The notes beneath the pieces were generated by a model that had not been told where the DNA came from, searched no databases, and was given only the letters and a program-made list of their open reading frames with translations. The translations under genes and the position numbers were made by a program. Shown here piece by piece: positions 54,631 to 64,000 of a DNA stretch of 64,000 bases; the stretch's first letter is position 1, and each line of letters starts with the position of its first letter. The stretch lies in assembly GCA_002369235.1 (NCBI GenBank), contig DFFF01000009.1:2762-66761 (forward strand), given 5' to 3'. This stretch comes from Verrucomicrobia bacterium UBA3783. GTDB taxonomy: Bacteria > Verrucomicrobiota > Kiritimatiellia > RFP12 > UBA1067.

Positions 54631-56073
54631 ATGGAAAACGCAAAAGAACTCCCCGCTAACGTTCGCCGATACGCGAAGTATCTGCTTGTCATGGCCGGGC
54701 TAGGAGGCCTCCTTTACGGGATCGACGTCGGTGTGATCGCCGCGGCTCTTCCGTATATCGAAAAAACATCGTCCTACACGTCCCAGCAGCTTTCGTTCGT
54801 GGTGAGCGCGGTGCTGTTCGGGTCGGTTCTTTCCTCTCTCTTTGCCGGTGCGATGGCAGAGTGGCTCGGTCGCAAGAAGGTGATGCTGCTTTCCGCGCTT
54901 TGCTTTTCGCTCTCCATTCCCGTAATTTGTGCGTCGGCGCTGCTGGAGAATGGCTTCGTGCTGCTCACGGCCGGACGTATCCTGCAGGGCGCTTCGGCCG
55001 GCCTCGTGGGCGTCGTGGTGCCGATGTATCTTGCGGAGTGCCTTGACGCGAATTCGCGTGGCAAGGGCACGGGAATGTTCCAGTTGCTTTTGACGATCGG
55101 GCTCGTGTTCGCGGCGCTCGTCGGGCTTGCGGTGACATATCTTGTCGGCGCATCCGATGATATGACGGTGAGTGCGACTTCCAAAACGATTGCATGGCAG
55201 ACGATTTTCTGGGCAAGTTGCGTGCCTGGGCTCGTGCTGTTCTTCGGGACTTTCAAGCTCAAGGAGTCGCCGCGTTGGCTCTACAAGCGCGGACGCAAGG
55301 AAGAGGCGCTTAATTCGCTCGCAGCCAACAACGGCGTGGAAAACGCGAAGATCATTCTCGAAGAGATGATCAAGGCTGATGCCGAAGAGGCGGCGCAGAA
55401 GGCGGCGAACAAGGCTGCCAAGGATTCGCTTTTGCAGAAGAAGTATGTAGTGCCGTTCGTGCTTGCGGTCGTGGTGCTCGCTTGCACGCAGGCGACCGGC
55501 GTAAACAGTGCGCTCAACTTCTCGGTGAAAATCTTCCAGGAGTCCGGTCTGCAGGGCGCATTCGCCAACTGGGCGGATCTCGGCTTCAAGATTGTCAATG
55601 TCGTGATGACGGTTATTGCGGTTGCGCTCGTTGACAAGAAGGGACGCACATTCCTGCTCAAACTCGGAACGAGCGGAATCATCGTTGGACTTTGCACGGT
55701 CGCTACGACATTCCTTGCGTTGCACCAGAAATGGATTGAGCCGGGAATGGGATCGGGCATAGCCGTCCTGTGCGGCTTCGTCGTGTTTATTGCGTTCTAT
55801 GCGGTAGGTCCGGGCGTATGCGTCTGGCTTGCGCTTTCCGAACTTATGCCAAACCGCATCCGCGCAAACGGCATGTCTATTGCATTGCTCATAAACCAGG
55901 GAGTCTCTACGACGATTGCATCCACCTTCCTGCCTTGGGCAGACAAGTTCGGCTACGAGAGCGTCTTCTTCACGCTCGCCGGCTTTACGGTAATCTACTT
56001 CATTACCGCTGCGTTCTTCATGCCCGAGACGAAGGGCAAGACGCTCGAGGAAATCGAGGCGTTCTTCAAGTAA
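54631..56073 (+). CDS. MFS sugar porter (sugar:H+ symporter family)
   Basis: 480 aa with 12 TM segments. GRKK, ESPRWL and PETKGKTLEEIE motifs. Confidence 0.85.
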   Translation: MENAKELPANVRRYAKYLLVMAGLGGLLYGIDVGVIAAALPYIEKTSSYTSQQLSFVVSAVLFGSVLSSLFAGAMAEWLGRKKVMLLSALCFSLSIPVICASALLENGFVLLTAGRILQGASAGLVGVVVPMYLAECLDANSRGKGTGMFQLLLTIGLVFAALVGLAVTYLVGASDDMTVSATSKTIAWQTIFWASCVPGLVLFFGTFKLKESPRWLYKRGRKEEALNSLAANNGVENAKIILEEMIKADAEEAAQKAANKAAKDSLLQKKYVVPFVLAVVVLACTQATGVNSALNFSVKIFQESGLQGAFANWADLGFKIVNVVMTVIAVALVDKKGRTFLLKLGTSGIIVGLCTVATTFLALHQKWIEPGMGSGIAVLCGFVVFIAFYAVGPGVCVWLALSELMPNRIRANGMSIALLINQGVSTTIASTFLPWADKFGYESVFFTLAGFTVIYFITAAFFMPETKGKTLEEIEAFFK

Positions 56074-56074
56074 A

Positions 56075-56860
56075 GTGGTATTCAAACTTTTAGGAACAGG
56101 AACATCGGTCGGGGTGCCGCAGATAGGCTGCGCGTGCCCCGTCTGTTCTTCTGCCGATCCTCGCGACCGCCGCCGCCGTTGCTCGGCGTATGTGAAAGGC
56201 GAGGGCGCATCGTTCCTGATCGACACTTGCCCTGAATTGCGCGAGGCGTGCATCGAGTATGGAATTTCCAAGGTGGATGCGATTTGCCTTACGCATGCGC
56301 ACATGGATCACGTGGCGGGATTTGACGATGTGCGGCGGTTCAATACGATAAACGGCGGCGCACCGATGCGCTGCTATGCGGACGGGAAGACGATCGAAAA
56401 AATGCATTCGATCTTTCCCTATATCCGCGAGACAAGAAACGAGCTGGGTCTTTTTCGTCCGATGATCCACTTTGTGGACAATGCCGAGCCGTTTGAAATC
56501 GGCGGCATCAAGATAGAACGGCTTGAAGTATCCCACTCCTTTCCTTGTTTTGGCTACAAACTGACGACACGCGGCGGCGGAACGCTTGGCTATGTGAGCG
56601 ATGCTCACGAATTGCCGCCCGCGACGCTGGAGAGGTTGCGTGGCGTGGATGTCATGATTATGAACTGTCTGCGCGAGCGGTTCCATCCTACGCATCTCAA
56701 CTTTGAAGCGGCGGCGGCGTATTTTCGCGAAATCGCGCCCGGGCAAGGCTACACTATCCACATGTGCCACGATTTCTCTCACGAGGAACTGCTTGCGAAA
56801 TGGAAGGCTGCGGGATTGCCGGTCGAGCCGGCCTACGACGGTATGGAGGTTGAAGTATGA
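56075..56860 (+). CDS. MBL-fold metallo-hydrolase (PhnP-like)
   Basis: LGTGTSVGVP, a Cys cluster CACPVC, and THAHMDH. GTG start. Confidence 0.78.
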   Translation: MVFKLLGTGTSVGVPQIGCACPVCSSADPRDRRRRCSAYVKGEGASFLIDTCPELREACIEYGISKVDAICLTHAHMDHVAGFDDVRRFNTINGGAPMRCYADGKTIEKMHSIFPYIRETRNELGLFRPMIHFVDNAEPFEIGGIKIERLEVSHSFPCFGYKLTTRGGGTLGYVSDAHELPPATLERLRGVDVMIMNCLRERFHPTHLNFEAAAAYFREIAPGQGYTIHMCHDFSHEELLAKWKAAGLPVEPAYDGMEVEV

Positions 56861-57693
56861 GGAGCTTTCGTTTTTGGGCGTGTGCGCTTGCGGCATGCGG
56901 TTCTTGCCTGACGGCGAATGCCGCCACGTCCGAGATAAGCGTAAACCTAAAACTCGACAACGACGAGTTTGTGTCCGGGGAGCGCGTGCGCGGTGTGATC
57001 GATGTTGTGAATGTTTCGCCGGGGCAGGTGCTGGTCGAGGATGACGACTTCGACCGTCTGTTCGTTGAAATCTTTCGCTCCTACGATCGTACGCAGCTGG
57101 AAACATACACGCGCTCTCCGTTTACCGCGAACTTCCGGCTTGAGCCCAATGAGGGTCAGAAACTCGAAACGTTCTTGAGCGACCATTATGGTTTGAGGCA
57201 TGCCGGGCGTTATCTCGCGAGGCCGGTTCTCGTGCATGGCGGTGTCCGTTATGAAGGCCAGCCGCGCGCTTTTGACATTGTTCCCGGCATATTCATCCGC
57301 TCGGCGACGCAGATTTTCTCCAATTACGAAGGACTGCGCCGCGAGTTCAGGCTCGTCACCTGGTCGCGCGGCGGACGCGAGCATCTCTTTATTTCTCCGC
57401 AGGATGTAGGCACAAGCGACAAGAAATGGTGGACGGTCGATCTCGGACAGTTCATGAAGACCACCAAGCCTACGATTTCGATCATGCCGTCGGGCGAGGT
57501 CGTGGTGCTCCACCGGCTCGATCCCGACAACTTCGTGCGCAGCGAATTCTGGTCGGTAAAAGACGGCATCGAATTCAACCGGCGCGAACTGGTGCAAGAT
57601 CCCGAGACCGCCGGCACGAACCGGGTGCGAGAACTTTACAATCAGTCCGGCGGCATTGCGCCCAAGGAAAATCCGTGGTGGAAATTCTGGTAA
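56857..57693 (+). CDS. hypothetical secreted protein
   Basis: 278 aa with a signal peptide (FWACALAACGSCLTANA). ATGA overlap. No family recognised. Confidence 0.6.
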   Translation: MRSFRFWACALAACGSCLTANAATSEISVNLKLDNDEFVSGERVRGVIDVVNVSPGQVLVEDDDFDRLFVEIFRSYDRTQLETYTRSPFTANFRLEPNEGQKLETFLSDHYGLRHAGRYLARPVLVHGGVRYEGQPRAFDIVPGIFIRSATQIFSNYEGLRREFRLVTWSRGGREHLFISPQDVGTSDKKWWTVDLGQFMKTTKPTISIMPSGEVVVLHRLDPDNFVRSEFWSVKDGIEFNRRELVQDPETAGTNRVRELYNQSGGIAPKENPWWKFW

Positions 57694-57694
57694 G

Positions 57695-58753
57695 ATGAAT
57701 ATTCTGGGAATCGAGACGAGTTGCGACGAAACTGCCGCCGCCGTGGTGCGCGACGGATGCGAAGTCGTTTCCAATGTCGTCTATACGCAAATTCCCTTGC
57801 ATCGTCAATATGGCGGCGTCGTGCCGGAACTGGCGTCGCGTTCGCACGTCGAGAAGATTGGCGAAGTTATCGGCAAGGCGATTGCCGACGCCAGAGCCGC
57901 AGGCGTGGAAGAGCTCGACGCAATCGCCGTGACTTACGGTCCCGGGCTTTCGCCGGCGCTTTTGGTCGGGCTCAATGCGGCGAAGGGGCTGGCGATGTCG
58001 ACCGGCGCGGAACTTGTCGCAATCAATCATATCGAGGCCCATTTGCATACGCCGTTTCTCTATGATGCCGGATCCGAAGCCGTGCCGCCGCCCAGACTCG
58101 ACCGTTCGTATCTTGGACTGGCCATCTCCGGCGGGCACACGAATTGGATAGATATTCCTCGCTACGGCGAATACCGGACGATCGGCCAGACGCTTGACGA
58201 TGCGGCAGGCGAGGCGTTCGACAAGGCCTCAAAGTTGTTGGGCCTAGGCTATCCTGGCGGTCCGGTGCTCGACAAAATCGCACGCGAGTACGGCACGGAA
58301 AATCTCATTCCATTCCCGAAGGGACGTCCACGCGAGGGTGTCGCCGCGCTTGACGGACTGGAGGCCGACTTGTGTGTTTCGTTTTCCGGACTCAAGACGG
58401 CGCTTTTGCGGTATGTGCAAAGGCACGATAGCGGCAGCTTCGATGTAGCGCAGACGGTCGCGTCGTATCAAGAGGCGATTGTGCAGTCGGTCGCCGATCG
58501 CACCCGCACCGCGCTTCGCCGCCGCCGCGGAATCGAGGCGCTCATCGTTGGCGGGGGCGTGAGCCTCAATTCGCGCTTGCGCACGGTGCTTGCGGATTTG
58601 TGCGAGCGCGAGGGCGTCAAGTTGTTGATGGCCAAGCCCAAGTTCTGCGGCGACAATGGCGCGATGATTGCAGGTCTCGCGTATTATCGGCGCAATGTCG
58701 TCGGCGATGATGCCATGAGAGTGGATGCGACGCCGTCTCTGGAAATAGGCTGA
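57695..58753 (+). CDS. tsaD: tRNA N6-adenosine threonylcarbamoyltransferase
   Basis: Start MNILGIETSCDETAAAV at 57695. HIEAH and GGVSLN motifs. Confidence 0.93.
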   Translation: MNILGIETSCDETAAAVVRDGCEVVSNVVYTQIPLHRQYGGVVPELASRSHVEKIGEVIGKAIADARAAGVEELDAIAVTYGPGLSPALLVGLNAAKGLAMSTGAELVAINHIEAHLHTPFLYDAGSEAVPPPRLDRSYLGLAISGGHTNWIDIPRYGEYRTIGQTLDDAAGEAFDKASKLLGLGYPGGPVLDKIAREYGTENLIPFPKGRPREGVAALDGLEADLCVSFSGLKTALLRYVQRHDSGSFDVAQTVASYQEAIVQSVADRTRTALRRRRGIEALIVGGGVSLNSRLRTVLADLCEREGVKLLMAKPKFCGDNGAMIAGLAYYRRNVVGDDAMRVDATPSLEIG

Positions 58754-58762
58754 GATAAGGGT

Positions 58763-59176
58763 ATGGACTTTTTTTCGGCATTGACGGCGGTATACATTGG
58801 CGCGGCGGGAAGTTTGCTCCTGCCGCAAGGCGGCGGCGATATGGCTCGCCTCGGCGGCGGGCTTTTCCGCGCCGGAGTCTATGTGAACGACTTTTGGGCT
58901 TTCGAAGCCGAGGCCGGTTTGATGGAGCGCAGGGCGCAGCTCGGCGTCCAAGGCGTGTGGCATTGGTGGGGATACGAGCGGCTCGATCCGTTCTTCACCT
59001 TTGGCGCGAAGGGCTGGATTGACGATGGCGACGCCGGACCTTGCGGCGGCATCGGTGCCTTCTACCATATCGACGAACATTGGTCGCTCAGGGCGGATGC
59101 CGGCGCTACGCTCGGCATCGAGCGCGAGAGCGAGATGATCTACCAATTTGCTTTCGGGGTGCAGTATGAGTTTTGA
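58763..59176 (+). CDS. small outer-membrane beta-barrel-like protein
   Basis: 137 aa. Alternating hydrophobic pattern and a C-terminal aromatic signature (FGVQYEF). Confidence 0.5.
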   Translation: MDFFSALTAVYIGAAGSLLLPQGGGDMARLGGGLFRAGVYVNDFWAFEAEAGLMERRAQLGVQGVWHWWGYERLDPFFTFGAKGWIDDGDAGPCGGIGAFYHIDEHWSLRADAGATLGIERESEMIYQFAFGVQYEF

Positions 59177-59945
59177 TTGCAGAGAAGAGTGGTATGATGC
59201 GTCGTCCAAGACCGCGATTACGATCGCGGACACGACCAAGGCGGCGCAGACGTTGATTTCCAACCATTTGTCGGGGCCGGTGAGCGCATACTATCTTACG
59301 CGCGCATTGACCGCGGCGGCGCTTTTGTCGACCGAACTTTCGGAGGCGGAGGAGACGTTGTCGATCCAGATGAAATGCACCGGGCCGTTGGGCGGGCTTA
59401 ATGTCGAATGCACCGCCGCTGGCACTTTGCGCGGCTATGCCGAGAAGAAGATTCTCGAGGATTTCGACGCCGTGAACAACCATGACGTGCGCAAAGTCGT
59501 GGGCGAGCGGCGCATCCAGATAACGCGCAGTCTCCCCGGACGCATTCTCAGCCAGGGAATCGCCACTACGCTTGACGGCTACTTGAGCCAAAGTCTCCAG
59601 CGCGACGCGGAAATACGGCTCGAGGCGGAGGTGTCGGACGAGAGCGTGGTGCAGTGCGCTCGCGGTGTGATGATCGAGCGCCTGCCCGATGCGCCGGACA
59701 AGACGATCGTCTGGCCGCGCGGCATTTCGCTATGCGCCGGATCGCGCAAGATCCTTGAAAAACTCGGCTTTCCCCATGCGGAGCTAAAGAAGACGACGCC
59801 GCTGTCGTTCGCGTGCCGCTGCAGTGCGGAGCGCGCCGCGAGCATGCTTGCGGCATTGAGCGACGAAGAACGCGCCAATCTGCCGCCGGCAATCGATGTC
59901 ACTTGCCATTTGTGCGGCAAAATCTGGACGGTGAGGACGAAATGA
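59166..59945 (+). CDS. hslO: redox-regulated chaperone Hsp33
   Basis: C-terminal zinc centre CRCS...CHLCG. Start MSFDCREEW at 59166. Confidence 0.85.
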   Translation: MSFDCREEWYDASSKTAITIADTTKAAQTLISNHLSGPVSAYYLTRALTAAALLSTELSEAEETLSIQMKCTGPLGGLNVECTAAGTLRGYAEKKILEDFDAVNNHDVRKVVGERRIQITRSLPGRILSQGIATTLDGYLSQSLQRDAEIRLEAEVSDESVVQCARGVMIERLPDAPDKTIVWPRGISLCAGSRKILEKLGFPHAELKKTTPLSFACRCSAERAASMLAALSDEERANLPPAIDVTCHLCGKIWTVRTK

Positions 59946-61048
59946 ACAAGCGAGTCTGGCTCGAGATCGACATGGGCGCCATAAGGCGCAACTACCGGAG
60001 AATCTGCGATTATGTTTCGCCATGCGAAGTGATGTGCGTGCTCAAGGCGAATGCCTACGGTCTTGGCGTTGCGGCTTACGCGAAACATCTTGGCGCGAAT
60101 TTCGGCGTGGCCGAGCCGTTTGAAGCAATCGAACTCAAGCGGGTCAGGCCGGATGCACGCGTGCAAATCCTCTCCTCCATCCTGCCGGATGAAATCGACG
60201 AGATGGTGGCGTTGGGCATTGTCCTTCCGGTGATCGACCTTGCCGGTGCGCGGATGATCTCCGGATCCGCCGTGCGGCAGGGCAAGTGCGCCAAGGTGCA
60301 CGTGAAAATCGATTCCGGAATGGGCAGGCTTGGAATCCGTCTTGCCGACGCTATGGATGCGGTGCGCGAGGTCGCGAAACTTCCGGGGCTGGAGATGGAA
60401 GGAATCTTTTCGCACTGCCCCATGGCATACGATCCCGAAAATCCGTTTACCGCACGGCAGATCGCAGAATTCGCCAGCCTTGTCGGGCATCTTGCGTCGG
60501 AGGGGATTTGCTTCAAGTATGTGCATATTGCCGCGAGCGATGCGATCAACAATTTTCCCGAATCGCGCCGCGCGCCATTCAACCTCGTGAGAACCGGAAT
60601 CAATATTCATGGCAGCTTCGATCCCAACGGGCGCAAGGCGCTGAATGTGGAGCGGGTGCTTTCGCTGAAAACGCGCGTGGCGCAGGTGAGGACGCTGCCC
60701 GCCGGGGCGACGCTTGGATACGGCCGCACCTGGTGTCTAGACCGTCCAGCGCGAATCGCCACCATTTCGGCGGGCTATGCCGACGGCCTTCCGCTGGCGC
60801 TCACCAATCGCGGCCACGTTCTGATCGGCGGCAAGGTGTGTCCGATCGTAGGGCGCATTTCCATGGATTACACGACGGTGGACGTTTCCGGCGTGGAAGG
60901 AGTAAAGGCGGGAGACGAGGTTGTATGCCTTGGCGCGAGCGGCGGACACTCGGTGTCGCCCGACGACTGGGCCGCAATCAAGGGAACCCACGCATACGAT
61001 ATAATCTGCTCGTTCGGCACTCGCGTCGAGCGTAGAGTGAAGGAATGA
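59942..61048 (+). CDS. alr: alanine racemase
   Basis: Start MNKRVWLEIDMGAIRRNY at 59942 (ATGA overlap). PLP-lysine motif VLKANAYGLG. Confidence 0.9.
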   Translation: MNKRVWLEIDMGAIRRNYRRICDYVSPCEVMCVLKANAYGLGVAAYAKHLGANFGVAEPFEAIELKRVRPDARVQILSSILPDEIDEMVALGIVLPVIDLAGARMISGSAVRQGKCAKVHVKIDSGMGRLGIRLADAMDAVREVAKLPGLEMEGIFSHCPMAYDPENPFTARQIAEFASLVGHLASEGICFKYVHIAASDAINNFPESRRAPFNLVRTGINIHGSFDPNGRKALNVERVLSLKTRVAQVRTLPAGATLGYGRTWCLDRPARIATISAGYADGLPLALTNRGHVLIGGKVCPIVGRISMDYTTVDVSGVEGVKAGDEVVCLGASGGHSVSPDDWAAIKGTHAYDIICSFGTRVERRVKE

Positions 61049-61049
61049 T

Positions 61050-61610
61050 ATGGCGCAAGATTGGAATTTGAGATCGCGCGGACATGTCTGCACCTTGTGC
61101 GGACGGCCGCTGCAGGACAACACGCCGGTCGTGAGCGCGCTCAAGGACACCGGCAACGGCTACGAGCGATTCGACTGCCATCCCGAATGCTGGAACGGCA
61201 GCGAGCGCGACTGGACGCCGTTTTCGCAATGGGACGGCGTCTATCATGCTCCGGTCAAAGTCGAGAAGAAAGAGCCGCTCAAAAAAGAAGATGCTGGCGA
61301 GCTTTTGCGCCACCTCGTCACGCTCGCCGATCCGGCGATGAAAAATGTCGTCTATGTGCTCGCGGTAATGCTTGAGCGAAGCAAGATACTTGTGGAGCGT
61401 GACACGAAAGCGCAAGACGACGGCACGATCCGCAGAGTCTACGAAGACCGCAAGAGCGGCGATACTTTCGTCATCCTCGATCCGTGCTTGCGGCTCGAAA
61501 ACCTCGGCGAGGTTCAACAGCAGGTAGTGGCGCTCTTGAGCGGCACCAAGACGCTCGGCGAGGTCAGCGCGGAAGAGGAAGGCGTTGAAAGCGACTCCCA
61601 GGCAACATGA
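61050..61610 (+). CDS. hypothetical protein with an N-terminal Cys/His zinc-ribbon-like motif
   Basis: 186 aa with CTLCG ... CHPEC. Immediately precedes and overlaps the SNF2 gene. Confidence 0.6.
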   Translation: MAQDWNLRSRGHVCTLCGRPLQDNTPVVSALKDTGNGYERFDCHPECWNGSERDWTPFSQWDGVYHAPVKVEKKEPLKKEDAGELLRHLVTLADPAMKNVVYVLAVMLERSKILVERDTKAQDDGTIRRVYEDRKSGDTFVILDPCLRLENLGEVQQQVVALLSGTKTLGEVSAEEEGVESDSQAT

Positions 61611-63852
61611 CGCCCTGAAGAAAATCGCCGAGGGCGCGTTCTATCCCGTTCTCGAAAGGGAAGAGGACGGATATTACGCGCGATGGAAAAGTCTTGACGG
61701 CAATCCTTGGATCGACCGCTTTGTGCGCGAGGCGCTCGTGCTGCCGTCTACGCGCCATGCCGAACGCGAGGACCACCCTACGCTTCACGACGCTTTCATT
61801 TCCGCCTTGAAGTCTGAAACCGGGCGCGTCATCTGGAATGAAAAGGAGTGCGCGGATTTTGCCGGAGAGTTGTCCGCATGGCGCGAACCATTGACGGTCG
61901 GGCGTGTCGAGCTCACGGTCGATCCGGGAAAGCTCGAGATTTCGGCGGAGATTCCTGCCGACCGCGCCGGGCTGAAGTCGCTGGGCGTCGCCGCTGCCGT
62001 GTTCCCGCCTTTGTCCGCCATGCGCAAGCGCGGCGGACGCCTCGTCTGCCGCCCGACGATGGAGGAAATGCGCGTTTTCTACCGCACAGGGCGGCATCGT
62101 CTGGCCGATGTCGGTTTCGATTTGCTTGGCGACGATCTCGCCGCCGAAATCGAGGCCGAAGCGGAAGTGGACTGCAACGACGCGAAAGGCGAAGGCAAGG
62201 TTTCGCTTACGGTGCGCGTCGCGGGCGAAAAGGTGAGTGCGGCGGAAATCGAATGGATGCTCGCGCAAGACGACAATCTCATTTTCTTCCGCGATCGCTG
62301 GATCGAAGTGGACCGCAATATCCTGCGCCAGGCGCTACGTGCGCTGAATGAAGTTTCCGGCGTCAGGCTCGACAGGATGCGCGCCATTTCCTTCGCCGCC
62401 GGGCTTGGAAGCATCGGGCGGATGGAGATGAAGGCGGTCGCCGCCAAGGGCTGGCTGCGCGGGCTTGTCGAGAATCTCCGCCGTCACGGCGGCGTGAAGC
62501 TGCCGCTGTCGCTGAAAGGCTTCTGCGGAGAACTTCGAGAATACCAGAAGCGCGGCGCCAAGTGGCTGGACTTCATGACTTCGCACGGCTTTGGCGCACT
62601 CCTCGCCGACGAAATGGGGCTTGGCAAAACCATTCAGACGATCGCCTGGATCTGCGGCGGCAGGAGGAAGTTCGGCGCGCCGGTGCTTGTCGCCGCGCCG
62701 ATCACGCTCCTCTGGAACTGGAAGAAGGAGCTTGAGAAGTTTGCACCCTCGCTCAAGGTATATGTGCATCACGGGTCCGGGCGCGGACGCGACGAGGGGT
62801 TTAGGCGCATGGTAAAGGGGGCGGATGTCGTGCTTGCCGGGTATTCGTTGCTGGTGAGGGATTACCGCGATTTTTCTTCGGTCGAATGGGGCGCGATGGT
62901 GCTTGACGAAGCGCAGACGATCAAGAATCCGGACACGAAGATCGCGCATGCGGTTTGTGCGCTCCGTCCGGCGCGGCGGGTCGCGCTCACCGGCACGCCG
63001 GTCGAGAATTCGGTTCAGGACATCTGGAGCATCGAGCATTTTCTCAATCCCGGCTTCCTTGGCGAGCGGCGCGATTTCGAAACACGCTTTGCCGCCCCGC
63101 TGAAGGAAAATCCGCTTGCGCCGTGCGGCGAGCGGCTGAAGCGTGCGCTAGACCCGTTTGTCCTCAGGCGTCTCAAGGCCGATCCTGATGTCGCCGCGGA
63201 AATCGGCGACAAGCGCGAGAAGAAAGAATATTGCGAACTCCTGCCGGAGGCGCGCGTGGAGTATGAAAGGGCGCTTGCCGACTTCAAGGCGTCGCCACGC
63301 AAGCGCGGCGATATCTTTGCGCTCATTACCGATCTGAAGCTCATTTGCGACGGCGAAGGCAAGCTTCAGCGGCTTGAGGAACTTTTGGATTCGATCTTCG
63401 CCGCAGGCGAAAGTGCGCTTGTTTTCACTCAGTATGTCAAGATTGCCGCCTTGATTGCGCGGCGGCTGGAAAAGCGCTACGGCCGCCGCTTCCCGTTTCT
63501 TCACGGCGCATTGCCGCTCAAGGCCCGCGAGCGGGAAATCGCCGCTTTCAATAAAAGCAAAAATCCTGAAGCCTTTCTCTTGAGCCTCAAAGCGGGCGGA
63601 TTCGGCTTGAACCTCGTGAAGGCGACGCATGTAATCCATTTCGACCGCTGGTGGAATCCCGCCGTGGAGAATCAGGCGACCGACCGCGCCCACCGGATTG
63701 GACAAAGCCGCGATGTCCTGGTCCACTCGCTGATCACCGTTGGGACGATCGAGGAGCATGTCGATGACATTCTTTCGCGCAAGCGCGATCTCGCCGGAAT
63801 CATGAGTTTCGCCGGAGAGGAGTTCTTCAAACTGGTGGGACTGTCATCATGA
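61585..63852 (+). CDS. SNF2-family helicase with a bacterial SNF2-associated N-terminal domain
   Basis: LREYQKRGAKWL, LADEMGLGKT, VLDEAQTIKN, and the helicase-C motif DRWWNPAVENQATDRAHRIGQ. TTG start at 61585 after GGAAGAGGAAGG. Confidence 0.85.
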   Translation: MKATPRQHDALKKIAEGAFYPVLEREEDGYYARWKSLDGNPWIDRFVREALVLPSTRHAEREDHPTLHDAFISALKSETGRVIWNEKECADFAGELSAWREPLTVGRVELTVDPGKLEISAEIPADRAGLKSLGVAAAVFPPLSAMRKRGGRLVCRPTMEEMRVFYRTGRHRLADVGFDLLGDDLAAEIEAEAEVDCNDAKGEGKVSLTVRVAGEKVSAAEIEWMLAQDDNLIFFRDRWIEVDRNILRQALRALNEVSGVRLDRMRAISFAAGLGSIGRMEMKAVAAKGWLRGLVENLRRHGGVKLPLSLKGFCGELREYQKRGAKWLDFMTSHGFGALLADEMGLGKTIQTIAWICGGRRKFGAPVLVAAPITLLWNWKKELEKFAPSLKVYVHHGSGRGRDEGFRRMVKGADVVLAGYSLLVRDYRDFSSVEWGAMVLDEAQTIKNPDTKIAHAVCALRPARRVALTGTPVENSVQDIWSIEHFLNPGFLGERRDFETRFAAPLKENPLAPCGERLKRALDPFVLRRLKADPDVAAEIGDKREKKEYCELLPEARVEYERALADFKASPRKRGDIFALITDLKLICDGEGKLQRLEELLDSIFAAGESALVFTQYVKIAALIARRLEKRYGRRFPFLHGALPLKAREREIAAFNKSKNPEAFLLSLKAGGFGLNLVKATHVIHFDRWWNPAVENQATDRAHRIGQSRDVLVHSLITVGTIEEHVDDILSRKRDLAGIMSFAGEEFFKLVGLSS

Positions 63853-64000
63853 GTTCGAAGAAGAAAACGAAATTTCCTCCGCGCTTCCCGCGTTTCGCCG
63901 CCGGGCTGCGATTCCAGCTGCGGCCCTCCGACGAAGCGATGCGCAGCTGGTGGTGGCGCGAATGGCTCATGGCGATATCGGTCATGAGCGCGGGGCCGCG
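63849..64000 (+). CDS. partial: probable SWIM-zinc-finger partner protein of the SNF2 helicase (5' end only)
   Basis: ATGA overlap with the SNF2 stop. The N-terminus ...RSWWWREWLMAI resembles the TWWGxxW motif that opens SNF2-adjacent SWIM proteins. Truncated by the window edge. Confidence 0.5.
   Translation, partial: MSSKKKTKFPPRFPRFAAGLRFQLRPSDEAMRSWWWREWLMAISVMSAGP

Noticed and set aside
61000-61005. TATAAT inside the alr 3' end as a promoter for the downstream Zn-ribbon gene.
   Set aside because: It has no TG extension and no TTGACA-like -35 at 17-18 nt. It encodes YDII within a conserved part of alr, so it is probably fortuitous.

Overview
This is a GC-rich, gene-dense chromosomal segment from a diderm bacterium. 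It carries LPS and outer-membrane genes (kdsB, LptA-, LptE- and BamD-like) and sigma-54. Protein idiosyncrasies make me suspect a PVC-type lineage (Kiritimatiellota, Lentisphaerota or Verrucomicrobiota), but that is a guess.

The content is mostly housekeeping, in this order:
- A complete minus-strand trp operon, trpE-trpGD-trpC-trpB-trpA-trpF (766-7109).
- rpmH-rnpA-yidD-yidC-lepA.
- A long translationally coupled plus-strand run (11.9-24.4 kb): exbB, exbD, a TPR protein, a TonB-like-anchor::vWA protein, a membrane protein, a murU::amgK fusion, a 693-aa unknown, kdsB, a lipoprotein, rpoN and cysS.
- A CaCA antiporter, cmk, an orphan ABC permease and a GT4 glycosyltransferase.
- A tRNA-Gly/Lys/Phe cluster followed by an AT-rich islet with an ISL3-like transposase remnant.
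- BamD-like and LptE-like genes, then tRNA-Glu-dprA-queA.
- The start of a dcw cluster (mraZ-rsmH-ftsL-ftsI), which breaks off at a lower-GC GT32 gene with a long structured leader.
- dnaK-groES-groEL; uppP, secDF, prfB, tsaB, tsaD, hslO and alr.
- An SNF2 helicase with a SWIM-type partner at the right edge.

I saw no CRISPR array, prophage, or recognisable defence or toxin cassette.

Most worth following up:
1. A dispersed family of exactly 22-bp-phased tandem repeats (core GACTWCGWAG) at three intergenic loci, each 5' of a strong promoter.
2. An ExbB-ExbD module whose TonB position is taken by an SxxxH-anchored, Pro/Glu-linker protein ending in a vWA domain.
3. A MurU::AmgK fusion translationally coupled to a 693-aa protein of unknown family and to kdsB.
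4. A promoter-to-terminator structured RNA or leader of about 270 nt upstream of the GT32 gene.
5. Short repeats embedded in-frame inside coding sequences.

Many long ORFs in the track are antisense GC artefacts or N-terminal over-extensions. I re-placed starts using Shine-Dalgarno and stop/start-overlap logic.
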